Assembly (NCBI GenBank): GCA_036746835.1
Contig: DAIODM010000001.1
Location: 281-64,280 of the forward strand
Source of the DNA: Candidatus Onthovivens sp.
GTDB taxonomy: Bacteria; Bacillota_I; Bacilli_A; RFN20; CAG-826
DNA length: 64,000 nucleotides
Direction of reading: 5' to 3'
Position numbers and translations under genes: made by a program. The first letter of the stretch is position 1, and every line of letters begins with the position of its first letter. The notes beneath the pieces are model-generated. The model searched no databases and was not told the origin of the DNA. It worked only from the letters and a program-made list of their open reading frames with translations. Shown piece by piece: positions 47,505 through 56,033 of this stretch.

Positions 47505-49892
47505 ATGTTAGTATCATTAAATGAAATTAAAAAATACGTTAATCTCGATGGAATAACTCCAGATGAGATTGCTAAAAAAATTACCTCGGCTGGTATTGAA
47601 GTTGATAGTTACAAACCATTAGCTAATGCCACTAATTTAGTAATTGGTCATATTATTCAATGTGATAAACATCCTGAATCTGACCATTTACATGTTAATA
47701 AGGTCGATATTGGTAGTGATGTTTTAAATATTGTCTGTGGTGCACCTAACTGTAGAAATGGACTTAAAGTAATTGTTGCTAAAGTTGGTGCTCAATTACC
47801 TGAAAAGAAGATTGAAAAATCTATAATTCGAGGTCAAGAAAGCCAAGGAATGCTTTGTGCTTTAAATGAAATTGGTGTTGATCCAAAAAATTTAAGACCA
47901 GAGCAAATTAGTGGTATTGAAGAATTACCAGCTGATGCTCCAATAGGTGAAACAAATGTTTTAGGATACTTAGGACTTGATGATGTTATATTTGATTTAG
48001 AACTTTTACCAAATAGAAGTGACGCTTATTCTTTATATAATGTTGCACGTGAAATCGGCGCTTTATTTGGAAGAGATGTTAATATTCCAAAGTATATTAG
48101 TAGTAATTTAGTAGATTATAAGTATAAAGTAAGTAGTTTTACTGATAAATGTAAGTTCTTCTCAGTACGTGTTTTTAAAGGTGTTAAGATTGGTCCTTCA
48201 CCAAAATGGTTATCCGATGTTTTAAGAAACGAAGGAATTAGATCAATTAACAATATTGTTGATATTGGAAATTATGCCATGCTTTTAACTGGGCAACCAA
48301 TCAATATGTATGATGCGGATAAATTACCAAAAGAAGAATTGGTTGTTAAAGACGATTTTGAAGGTGATTTATTAGCGATGGATGATAAAAAATATGCTAT
48401 TAAAAAAGGTGATTTAGTCGTAACAAGCGATAATAAACCAGTTTGTTTGGCTGGAATTATGACAACAAAAGAAGCTGAGGTAACTGAATCTTCAAAAAAT
48501 ATTGTTGTTGAATCAGCTATCTTTTATGGGGCTCAAATTCGTAGAACTTCTATTAGATTAGGTTTAACAAGCGATAGTGCTCAAAGATTTATTAAAGGGC
48601 TCAATCCAAACCAGAACGAAGATGTGTTAAATCTTATTGAAAATTTAATGAAGAATATTGCTAATTATGATGAATGCAGCAAGACAATTCTTTATGATGT
48701 TCAAAACTATAAAGATAAAGAAATACCATGTACTTTTAGTTATATTAATAACCGTTTAGGAACCAATTTTCCAAATGATGTTATTGTGAATACTTTAAGT
48801 AAACTGTATTTTAAAATTAAAAATGTTACAAAAGATGGTTTTGTTGCTGTTGTCCCATCATTTAGAATTGATGTTGATGGTAAGGCTGACTTAAGTGAAG
48901 AAATCTTAAGATTTAATGGATTTGATTCGATTAATTCGATACTTCCATATATGGAAACAACTGTTGGTGGTCGTAATTCAAACAGTAAAAAAGAGAAGAT
49001 TATTGCTGATTATTTGTTAGAAAGAGGACTCTATCGAATTGTTACATATAATTTATTAAGCAAAGAAGATATTGGTACTTTTAATTTACTTAATAAAAAT
49101 GAAGGTTATGTAATTATGAATCCTATTACAGAGGATCATAAATTCATTAGAACAAATCTTTTGTCGAGTATTGTTAGAACTATTCAATATAATCTTAATC
49201 ATCAAAACAAGAATTTTGGTGTCTTTGAAATTGCTCAAATAGATGATAAAAAAGAAGTTTCAATTCACTTATCACTGGGTTTATGTGGAAATAAGTTTTC
49301 TCAAGATATGATGGGTGCTCAAGCATATTCTTTCTATGATGCAAAGGGTATCTTAGAGAGTATTTTAACAATGTTTAATATTCAAAGTACTAGAGTTAAA
49401 TATGATAGAATAGTCGACTCAAAAGAACTCCATCCTAATAGATCTTGTAAAGTTACATTAGATGGAAAATTGTTAGCTGTAATCGGTGATATTTATCCAA
49501 CCCTTAAAGATAAATATGATATGAAAAAAGAAGCGGTAGTGCTTTTAGAAATGAACTTAAGTTTATTATTTAACACAAGAACTGGTGACGATCATTATGT
49601 AGAATTGAATAAATTCCCATCTGTTTCACGAGATTATGCATTTATTTTTGATAAATCTACCAAATATGCAGATGTTAAGAATGAAATTAAGAAATTATCA
49701 ACTTTAATTAGTGATGTCCATATTTTTGATATTTATGAAGGTGAGCATTTGGTCAAAGATAAAGTTTCAATTGCTATGAATGTAACTTTTGAAGCTAAAG
49801 ACCATACTTTAAAAGATGAAGAAGTGAATTCAGTCGATGGAAAAATAAAATCTCTTCTTTTAAGCAAATTTAATGCTATTATGAGAATATAA
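47505..49892 (+). CDS. pheT: phenylalanine--tRNA ligase beta subunit
   Basis: 795 aa with an N-terminal tRNA-binding OB domain (HPESDHLHVNKVDIG) and B3/4, B5 and FDX-ACB domains in order. Confidence 0.95.
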   Translation: MLVSLNEIKKYVNLDGITPDEIAKKITSAGIEVDSYKPLANATNLVIGHIIQCDKHPESDHLHVNKVDIGSDVLNIVCGAPNCRNGLKVIVAKVGAQLPEKKIEKSIIRGQESQGMLCALNEIGVDPKNLRPEQISGIEELPADAPIGETNVLGYLGLDDVIFDLELLPNRSDAYSLYNVAREIGALFGRDVNIPKYISSNLVDYKYKVSSFTDKCKFFSVRVFKGVKIGPSPKWLSDVLRNEGIRSINNIVDIGNYAMLLTGQPINMYDADKLPKEELVVKDDFEGDLLAMDDKKYAIKKGDLVVTSDNKPVCLAGIMTTKEAEVTESSKNIVVESAIFYGAQIRRTSIRLGLTSDSAQRFIKGLNPNQNEDVLNLIENLMKNIANYDECSKTILYDVQNYKDKEIPCTFSYINNRLGTNFPNDVIVNTLSKLYFKIKNVTKDGFVAVVPSFRIDVDGKADLSEEILRFNGFDSINSILPYMETTVGGRNSNSKKEKIIADYLLERGLYRIVTYNLLSKEDIGTFNLLNKNEGYVIMNPITEDHKFIRTNLLSSIVRTIQYNLNHQNKNFGVFEIAQIDDKKEVSIHLSLGLCGNKFSQDMMGAQAYSFYDAKGILESILTMFNIQSTRVKYDRIVDSKELHPNRSCKVTLDGKLLAVIGDIYPTLKDKYDMKKEAVVLLEMNLSLLFNTRTGDDHYVELNKFPSVSRDYAFIFDKSTKYADVKNEIKKLSTLISDVHIFDIYEGEHLVKDKVSIAMNVTFEAKDHTLKDEEVNSVDGKIKSLLLSKFNAIMRI

Positions 49893-49894
49893 TT

Positions 49895-50392
49895 ATGGAA
49901 ATAAGTTTTAGTCAAGCAAGTGGTCATGAAGTTTTACCTTATGAGTCAACATTAGATAAGTATTTTAATGGAACTGATAAAATTATTAAAAAGGTAAAAT
50001 CATTAAAAGGAACGATTACAACTGATAAAGTTGGAAATACTTTAATTTGTAAGATAACCCTTAGAGGTGTTCTTAATGTTATATCTAGTTATTCTGGTTT
50101 AGCATTTGATACATCAATTAATTTGAATGAAGATCTTTATTTTACGAATAAATCTGATCAAGAATCAGAAGATATGGTTTTTGTTAAAGATTCAATTGAT
50201 TTAGATCATTACATTTATTCTCTTGTTTTAACTTCGCTACCTATCGATATTCATAAAAAGGGCGAATCCTTGCCATCTGGAAAAGGATATCGTGTCCTAA
50301 AGGAAGATGAATTGATTAAAGAACGAAGTAAAAAAGTAGAAAATGATGATAACCCTTTTTCTAAATTAGATGGAATAGATTTTGATAAATGA
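49895..50392 (+). CDS. YceD/DUF177-like protein
   Basis: 165 aa with an acidic mid-region and an architecture like YlbN (IDLDHYIYSLVLTSLPIDIH ... NPFSKL). The usual Cys motif is replaced by Ser (VISSYSG). The TGA stop overlaps the glf ATG. Confidence 0.55.
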   Translation: MEISFSQASGHEVLPYESTLDKYFNGTDKIIKKVKSLKGTITTDKVGNTLICKITLRGVLNVISSYSGLAFDTSINLNEDLYFTNKSDQESEDMVFVKDSIDLDHYIYSLVLTSLPIDIHKKGESLPSGKGYRVLKEDELIKERSKKVENDDNPFSKLDGIDFDK

Positions 50393-51492
50393 AACATTAT
50401 GATTATTTAGTAGTTGGTAGTGGACTATTTGGTGCAGTATTTACTGCTGAAGCAATTCGTAATGGAAAAACTGTTTTAGTAGTTGAAAAACGCGATCATA
50501 TCGGTGGAAATGTTTATACAAAAAAATATGGTGTAATTAATGTGCATTATTATGGTGCGCATATTTTTCATACTTCTAATAAAGAAGTTTGGGATTATGT
50601 AAATAAGTTCGTTGAATTCAATAATTTTATTAATTCACCAATTGGTTTTTATAAAGGAAAATACTATTCTTTGCCTTTTAACATGAATACTTTTAAAGAA
50701 ATGTGGGGAGTTTCTACTCCTGAAGAAGCTAAAAGTATAATTAACGAACAAGTAAAAAAAGAAAATATTACTAATCCAAAGAATCTAGAAGAACAGGCAT
50801 TATCACTTGTTGGACGTGATATTTATGAAAAACTGATTAAAGGATATACTGAGAAGCAATGGGGTAGAAAAGCAACCGATTTGCCTGCTTTTATTATTAA
50901 ACGCATTCCTTTAAGATACGAATTTAATAACAATTATTTTAATGATATTTATCAAGGAGTACCTATTGGCGGATTTACTTTATTAATTAAAAAAATGCTA
51001 AAAGGTGCTGATGTTCTTCTTAATTTTGATTTTAATCAACATAAAGATGAATTAATTAATGTTGCAGATAAAATCATTTATACTGGCTCAATCGATGAAT
51101 ATTATGACTATAAATTTGGTCAATTAGAATATCGATCTTTAAAATTTGAAATTGAACGATATGATCAAGAATATTATCAGAAAAATTGTGTTATAAATTA
51201 TGAAGAATTTGATGTTCCGTACACAAGAATTATTGAACATAAATATTTTGAAAATGTTGAGTGCCCATATACTTATATAACTAAAGAATATCCTGAAAAA
51301 TATGAAGCAGGTAAAGAGCGATATTATCCAATAAATGATGATAAAAACAATAATTTATATCAAAAATATCTCGAATTATCTAAAAAAGAATCCAAAGTTG
51401 TTTTTGGTGGAAGATTAGCATCTTACAAATATTTTGATATGGATGATACAGTTGAAGAAGCTTTAAAACTTTCTAAACAAATAATCTCATAA
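50389..51492 (+). CDS. glf: UDP-galactopyranose mutase
   Basis: 367 aa with the FAD-binding N-terminus DYLVVGSGLFGAVFA and GGNVYT, YGAHIFHT and GRLASYKYFDMD motifs. Confidence 0.92.
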   Translation: MKHYDYLVVGSGLFGAVFTAEAIRNGKTVLVVEKRDHIGGNVYTKKYGVINVHYYGAHIFHTSNKEVWDYVNKFVEFNNFINSPIGFYKGKYYSLPFNMNTFKEMWGVSTPEEAKSIINEQVKKENITNPKNLEEQALSLVGRDIYEKLIKGYTEKQWGRKATDLPAFIIKRIPLRYEFNNNYFNDIYQGVPIGGFTLLIKKMLKGADVLLNFDFNQHKDELINVADKIIYTGSIDEYYDYKFGQLEYRSLKFEIERYDQEYYQKNCVINYEEFDVPYTRIIEHKYFENVECPYTYITKEYPEKYEAGKERYYPINDDKNNNLYQKYLELSKKESKVVFGGRLASYKYFDMDDTVEEALKLSKQIIS

Positions 51493-51544
51493 AACATCGA
51501 TAACCATCGAATAAAAAAATATTTCATTTTTTGTAAGAAAACAC

Positions 51545-51573
51545 TTGCAAGAAATGATTTTTTTATATACAAT
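51545..51573 (+). promoter_or_regulatory. candidate sigma-A promoter of the mraZ operon
   Basis: TTGCAA (51545-51550), a 17-nt spacer, then TACAAT (51568-51573). Confidence 0.6.
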
Positions 51574-51581
51574 TAAGGTAC

Positions 51582-51608
51582 AAGTGGAAGAAAGTGGGAG
51601 AAAGTGTA
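51582..51608 (+). promoter_or_regulatory. MraZ operator: three direct repeats at an exact 10-nt period
   Basis: AAGTGGAAGA / AAGTGGGAGA / AAGTGTAAAA start at 51582, 51592 and 51602, between the -10 element and the mraZ ATG. They match the AAAGTG(G/T) boxes reported for Mollicutes MraZ and the GTGGG repeats of E. coli. Confidence 0.75.
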
Positions 51609-51612
51609 AAAT

Positions 51613-52044
51613 ATGTTTCTCGGAAGCTACGAATACTCTATTGATGATAAAGGCCGTCTAGTTATTCCAAGCAAGTTCAGAAATGAAATTGGGGATAAGC
51701 TCTATTTAATGAAGGGCTTTGACGGATGCTTATCAATCTATAAAGATTCTGATTTCCAAAAAGCGTTAGAGAATTTACAAAAATTCCAATACGAAAAAGA
51801 GAAAACAAGGTTATACCAAAGACTTCTTCTAGAAACAGTTGTAGAGTTAACAACTGACAAATTAGGAAGAATCCAAATCCCACAAAAGACACTTCAAAAG
51901 TATTCTATTGGCAAACAAGTAAAAATTATCGGACTATTAGACCATTTCGAAATCTGGGATGAGAACATCTGGAATAAATATCATGATGATCACATTAAAG
52001 ATTTTGAAAAAGATGCTGAAGATCTATTAAAAGATGAAGAGTAA
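51613..52044 (+). CDS. mraZ: transcriptional regulator MraZ
   Basis: 143 aa with two SpoVT/AbrB-like halves carrying DDKGRLVIPSKFR and DKLGRIQIPQK. Confidence 0.93.
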   Translation: MFLGSYEYSIDDKGRLVIPSKFRNEIGDKLYLMKGFDGCLSIYKDSDFQKALENLQKFQYEKEKTRLYQRLLLETVVELTTDKLGRIQIPQKTLQKYSIGKQVKIIGLLDHFEIWDENIWNKYHDDHIKDFEKDAEDLLKDEE

Positions 52045-52978
52045 CGAACATAAGCCAGTATTACTTAATGAAGTGATTGAAGGTTTAAACATTAAACCTA
52101 ACGGAGTCTATGTTGACTTAACACTTGGTCGGGCTGGTCATAGTAGTGAGATTTTAAAAAGATTAGATAATAAGGGACTACTTATTGGACTTGATCAAGA
52201 TGATGAAGCAATTGAAGCTTCAAAATTAAAGCTTAGCAAAGTTGGAAATAATTTCAAAATTGTAAAAACCAACTTTGTTAATATAAAAGCTGTCTTAGAT
52301 GAGTTGAAGATTAAAAGTATAGATGGAGCTTTATATGACTTAGGCGTATCTTCTCCGATGTTTGATGAAGATTATAGAGGCTTCTCCTATAGATTTGATG
52401 GCCCACTCGATATGAGAATGGATACCAGTCGTTCTTTGACCGCTAGAGAGATTGTAAATACTTATTCCCTCTCTGAATTAACAAGAGTATTTAGAGACTA
52501 TGGTGAGGATCATTATTCTTACCAAGTTGCGAAGAATATTGTTAAAAGAAGAGAAGTTAAGCCAATTGAAACAACTCTCGAATTAGTCGATATTATTAAA
52601 GCTTCGAAACCAAAAAAAGAGTTAGAAATTGTTGGACATCCTGCAAAGCAGATCTTCCAAGCATTAAGAATTGAAGTTAACGATGAACTTAATGTATTAG
52701 AAAAATCTCTTGATGACACCATTAAATCCCTCTCAATTGGCGGAAGAGTAGCAGTAATTACATTCCAATCATTGGAAGATAAGATCGTTAAGAATTTATT
52801 TAGAAAATATTCAGTGATTGAAGGAAATAGACTAAATGATTATGTTTCGCCTAAAGATGTAAAAACACCTGATTATCGTGAAGTTAATAAGAAGGTTATT
52901 GTTGCTAGCAGTGAAGAATTAATCGAAAATCATCGAGCTAAAAGTGCAAAACTTAGAATACTCGAGAGAATTAAATAA
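52034..52978 (+). CDS. rsmH: 16S rRNA (cytosine1402-N4)-methyltransferase
   Basis: 314 aa with HKPVLLNEV, VDLTLGRAGHS and DLGVSS motifs. It overlaps the end of mraZ by 11 nt. Confidence 0.93.
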   Translation: MKSNEHKPVLLNEVIEGLNIKPNGVYVDLTLGRAGHSSEILKRLDNKGLLIGLDQDDEAIEASKLKLSKVGNNFKIVKTNFVNIKAVLDELKIKSIDGALYDLGVSSPMFDEDYRGFSYRFDGPLDMRMDTSRSLTAREIVNTYSLSELTRVFRDYGEDHYSYQVAKNIVKRREVKPIETTLELVDIIKASKPKKELEIVGHPAKQIFQALRIEVNDELNVLEKSLDDTIKSLSIGGRVAVITFQSLEDKIVKNLFRKYSVIEGNRLNDYVSPKDVKTPDYREVNKKVIVASSEELIENHRAKSAKLRILERIK

Positions 52979-52992
52979 AAGGGGTAAAAATT

Positions 52993-53199
52993 ATGAAAGA
53001 CAAATTAGTACGTTACAATCACAAAGCTGGTTATTATGTTATGAAGAAGTTTGCTATCGGAGCTTCTGTTCTTGTCGCTTCATCAATTTTAATTGCGCTT
53101 CCTATTAGTTTTGGCTTAAATATGGTCAAATCAAGTGAAGTTGCTAAAACTGAAGTCAATCCAAGTTCTGCAAGTGATGTAGAAACTTTAAAATATTAA
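52993..53199 (+). CDS. small single-pass membrane protein in the ftsL position
   Basis: 68 aa with one TM (FAIGASVLVASSILIALPISFGL) and an AAGGGG RBS. I see no sequence similarity to FtsL. Position is the only support. Confidence 0.4.
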   Translation: MKDKLVRYNHKAGYYVMKKFAIGASVLVASSILIALPISFGLNMVKSSEVAKTEVNPSSASDVETLKY

Positions 53200-53223
53200 A
53201 TATTCTAAAAAATTCAAATTTTC

Positions 53224-53248
53224 AAAAAGCAGCCAAAAACTGCTTTTT
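53224..53248 (+). terminator. rho-independent terminator after the rsmH/small-ORF unit
   Basis: AAAAAGCAG-CCAAAAA-CTGCTTTTT. Confidence 0.7.
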
Positions 53249-53260
53249 ATTATATAAATA

Positions 53261-53298
53261 CCTACTAAATAACTACTTATAATCTACTAGTAGTTTTT
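53261..53298 (+). repeat. intergenic motif copy D (partial: TAGTAGTTTT forward, plus inverted TAGTAG-like units)
   Basis: CTACTAGTAGTTTTT lies at 53284-53298. The upstream CCTACTAAATAACTACTTA is the reverse complement of TAAGTAGTTATTTAGTAGG. The element sits 63-100 nt upstream of ftsA, next to TTGTAA-17-TATAAT. Confidence 0.6.
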
Positions 53299-53360
53299 AA
53301 TGAATCGGTTTGATTTGAGATTGTAAATAAATCCACTTAATAATATAATTATTAATAGTT

Positions 53361-54599
53361 ATGGAAAAAGATATCGCAGCACTTGAAATAAGAAGTAAAA
53401 CTATAACATTAGTTATTGGAAATGTTATTGATAATAAAGTTAATATTACAAATAGGGTTGTAAGACCTCTTTCGGTTTCTTTAAAAGATGGTGAAGTTTT
53501 GGATAGTAGTAGTTTAACTAACGATATTAAAAATATGCTTACAATCGAAGATTCTAAGCATAATTTAAAAATTAATGTTAACGAAGTGGCTTTGGTAATT
53601 CCACCTTACGGATTGGAAGTTTATCATAGTCAAAAATCAACGACTGTTATTTCTAATGCTAGTAAAATTGATCGTATTGATATTACAAATGCGATTTCAA
53701 TGCTTAAAAAAGAGAAAATCCCAAATCAAAATAATTCAATCATTGATATTATTCCAAATTATTTTTCAATAGATGGTGATAAGAGATTTACAGAACCACC
53801 TTTAGGTGAAACAAGCAGTTCTCTTTTAATTGATGCTAATATTTATTCATTACCAACTAATTTTGTTCAAGATATTATGGATTGCGTTCAAAATGCTGGA
53901 GTTAAAATTAGACGAAATGTAATTTCATCTATTGGTGCTTCGCATTTATTTGAAGCTTATAAATATTCGCTTGATACCTATGTTTTAGTTGATTGTGGTA
54001 GAAAAACAACTATTTTAGATTTTGTTGGAAAGAATGTTGTTTACAATTCGAGTTTCTTCTCATTTGGTCTTGATGATTTAATTGATCAAGTTACAAATCA
54101 ATTTGGAATTTTACGCTCTGATGCTGAACAATTAGTTTATTTATATGGCTTGGATTATCGAAAATCAGCCTTAAATCCTGCAATTTGCAAGGGAACGGTT
54201 GGTGGTGTACCAAAGAGCTTTTATCTTGAAGATTTAAACGCTATTGTCATTAAATATTTCCAAACATGGATTACATATTTTAACAATTGTTTAGATACAT
54301 TAATGTCAGACTATAAAGATATGCTTCCTGGTTTAAATCTTGTTTTTATCGGTGAGAATACAAAAATTAACTATTTTAAAGAATTTTTAAATAAATTTTT
54401 GACTAATTTTACTTGTAATTTTCCAATTCTTCCAAGCGTTGGAATGCAAGATAGTGTTTATATTAATTGTGCAGGAGCTATTCTTCTTTCATCAATCTAT
54501 CGTGGATCATTGGAAGATGATATTAAAGGACAATTAACTGAAGTTTCAAGAAAGACTGATGATAAACACGTTTATAGCGAAACAAAAGATGAACTTTAG
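53361..54599 (+). CDS. ftsA: cell division protein FtsA (divergent)
   Basis: 412 aa actin-fold-like protein directly upstream of ftsZ. The sequence is divergent, so the call rests largely on position and length. Confidence 0.7.
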   Translation: MEKDIAALEIRSKTITLVIGNVIDNKVNITNRVVRPLSVSLKDGEVLDSSSLTNDIKNMLTIEDSKHNLKINVNEVALVIPPYGLEVYHSQKSTTVISNASKIDRIDITNAISMLKKEKIPNQNNSIIDIIPNYFSIDGDKRFTEPPLGETSSSLLIDANIYSLPTNFVQDIMDCVQNAGVKIRRNVISSIGASHLFEAYKYSLDTYVLVDCGRKTTILDFVGKNVVYNSSFFSFGLDDLIDQVTNQFGILRSDAEQLVYLYGLDYRKSALNPAICKGTVGGVPKSFYLEDLNAIVIKYFQTWITYFNNCLDTLMSDYKDMLPGLNLVFIGENTKINYFKEFLNKFLTNFTCNFPILPSVGMQDSVYINCAGAILLSSIYRGSLEDDIKGQLTEVSRKTDDKHVYSETKDEL

Positions 54600-54613
54600 A
54601 GAGGAAATGCAAT

Positions 54614-55792
54614 ATGAATGAAGATTTAGAGAATTTTGAGCCAGTTGCAAAGATTGCAGTTGTTGGAGTTGGCGGTGCTGGAAACAATGCTGTTAACCGA
54701 ATGATTGATGAAAACATTTCTAATGTATCTTTTTATGTCGCAAATACAGATAAACAAGCATTATCACTTAGTAAAGCTCCAAATAGACTTATTTTAGGTG
54801 AAGAAATAACTAATGGTTTAGGTGCTGGTGGCGATCCAGAAGTTGGTAAAAAAGCCGCTGAAGCATCAATAGAAGATATTAAAAAGATTGTTGAAGGTTG
54901 TAATATGGTTTTCGTTGCTGCTGGTATGGGTGGTGGTACTGGTACAGGTGCTGCTCCAGTTATTGCTAAAGCGGCTAAAGAGGCTGGCGCATTAACAATT
55001 GGTATTGTCACACGTCCATTTACGTTTGAAGGAACTAAAAAATTAGCATTAAGTGTTGAAGGATTAAACAACTTGAAAGCTAATTGTGATGCATTAATTG
55101 TTGTTAGTAATGATAAATTATTGATGAATGCTGGTAATTTACCAGTTGGACAAGCTTTCAGCGAATCTGATAAAGTCCTTGCTCAATCAGTTCAAACAGT
55201 TACAGATTTAATTTTAATGCCTGCTATTATTAATCTTGATTTTGCTGATGTTAAGGCAACTTTAAAGGAAAGTGGTATTGCATTAATTGGTTTTGGTACT
55301 GGTGAAGGTGAAAGACGTAGTGAAGATGCTGCTTTAAGTGCCTTAAACTGTCCTTTAATTGAGCAATCTATTAAAGGTGCAAGAAAGGCTATTTGTCACA
55401 TTACTTGTGGTCCTCAAGTTAGTTTATTTGAGTGCCAAGATTGTGTTGAACATATTATCGAACAAAGTGGTGGCAAGATGGATTTAAAGTTTGGTGTTGC
55501 TATTAATGATCAATTAACTGATCAAATCATGGTTTCTATTATTGCTGGTGATTTTGATACCGATATTGATTTTACAACTCCTCCAAAAGATTCATTTGAT
55601 CCAAGTGCTTTATTAAGAAAAGCACCTGCTAAAACTGAAAAGACTTCTTTACTTGATGATGGCACAGCTGTCGAAGCAAGCGATGATAAATCACAAGCTG
55701 CTGAACCAATCAATACAGCAACTACTAAAGAAGATTCTCAAGAAGAAGAGACTCTTGAAGATATTATTCCAAATTTCTTAAATGGAAAATAA
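54614..55792 (+). CDS. ftsZ: cell division protein FtsZ
   Basis: GVGGAGNNAVNRM and GGGTGTGAAPVIA tubulin-signature motifs, a disordered linker and the C-terminal peptide DIIPNFLNGK. Confidence 0.96.
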   Translation: MNEDLENFEPVAKIAVVGVGGAGNNAVNRMIDENISNVSFYVANTDKQALSLSKAPNRLILGEEITNGLGAGGDPEVGKKAAEASIEDIKKIVEGCNMVFVAAGMGGGTGTGAAPVIAKAAKEAGALTIGIVTRPFTFEGTKKLALSVEGLNNLKANCDALIVVSNDKLLMNAGNLPVGQAFSESDKVLAQSVQTVTDLILMPAIINLDFADVKATLKESGIALIGFGTGEGERRSEDAALSALNCPLIEQSIKGARKAICHITCGPQVSLFECQDCVEHIIEQSGGKMDLKFGVAINDQLTDQIMVSIIAGDFDTDIDFTTPPKDSFDPSALLRKAPAKTEKTSLLDDGTAVEASDDKSQAAEPINTATTKEDSQEEETLEDIIPNFLNGK

Positions 55793-55849
55793 TTGATTAA
55801 ATCATTAATATTTAATATAGTATTTAATAATCAAGACACGTTTTATTTA

Positions 55850-56015
55850 TATGGTTCTTAGAGAAAGATTGATGTGGTGAAAGATCTTGAACAATTTAAA
55901 TAAAAAATCACTTGATCGTCTAGTTTTAAAAAAATGAGTGATAAGGATTTTTCCTTATAACTAAGGTGGTACCGCGTATATTACGTCCTTAGATTTATTT
56001 CTAAGGACTTTTTTA
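55850..56015 (+). promoter_or_regulatory. T-box leader, Ile specifier (AUC)
   Basis: The specifier context is AAAA-AUC-A, with ATC at 55907-55909. The T-box AACTAAGGTGGTACCGCG lies at 55959-55976. The terminator GTCCTTAGA-TTTATT-TCTAAGGAC plus a T-run lies at 55985-56014. A candidate promoter is TTGATT (55793)-17-TATAGT (55816). Confidence 0.88.
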
Positions 56016-56033
56016 ATTTTAAGGAGAGTATTT

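Noticed and set aside
54733-55071. 112-aa ORF antisense to ftsZ
   Set aside because: This is the mirror frame of the Gly/Ala-rich tubulin-signature region, which gives a Pro/Ala-rich artefact. It lies fully within ftsZ, which is unambiguous.
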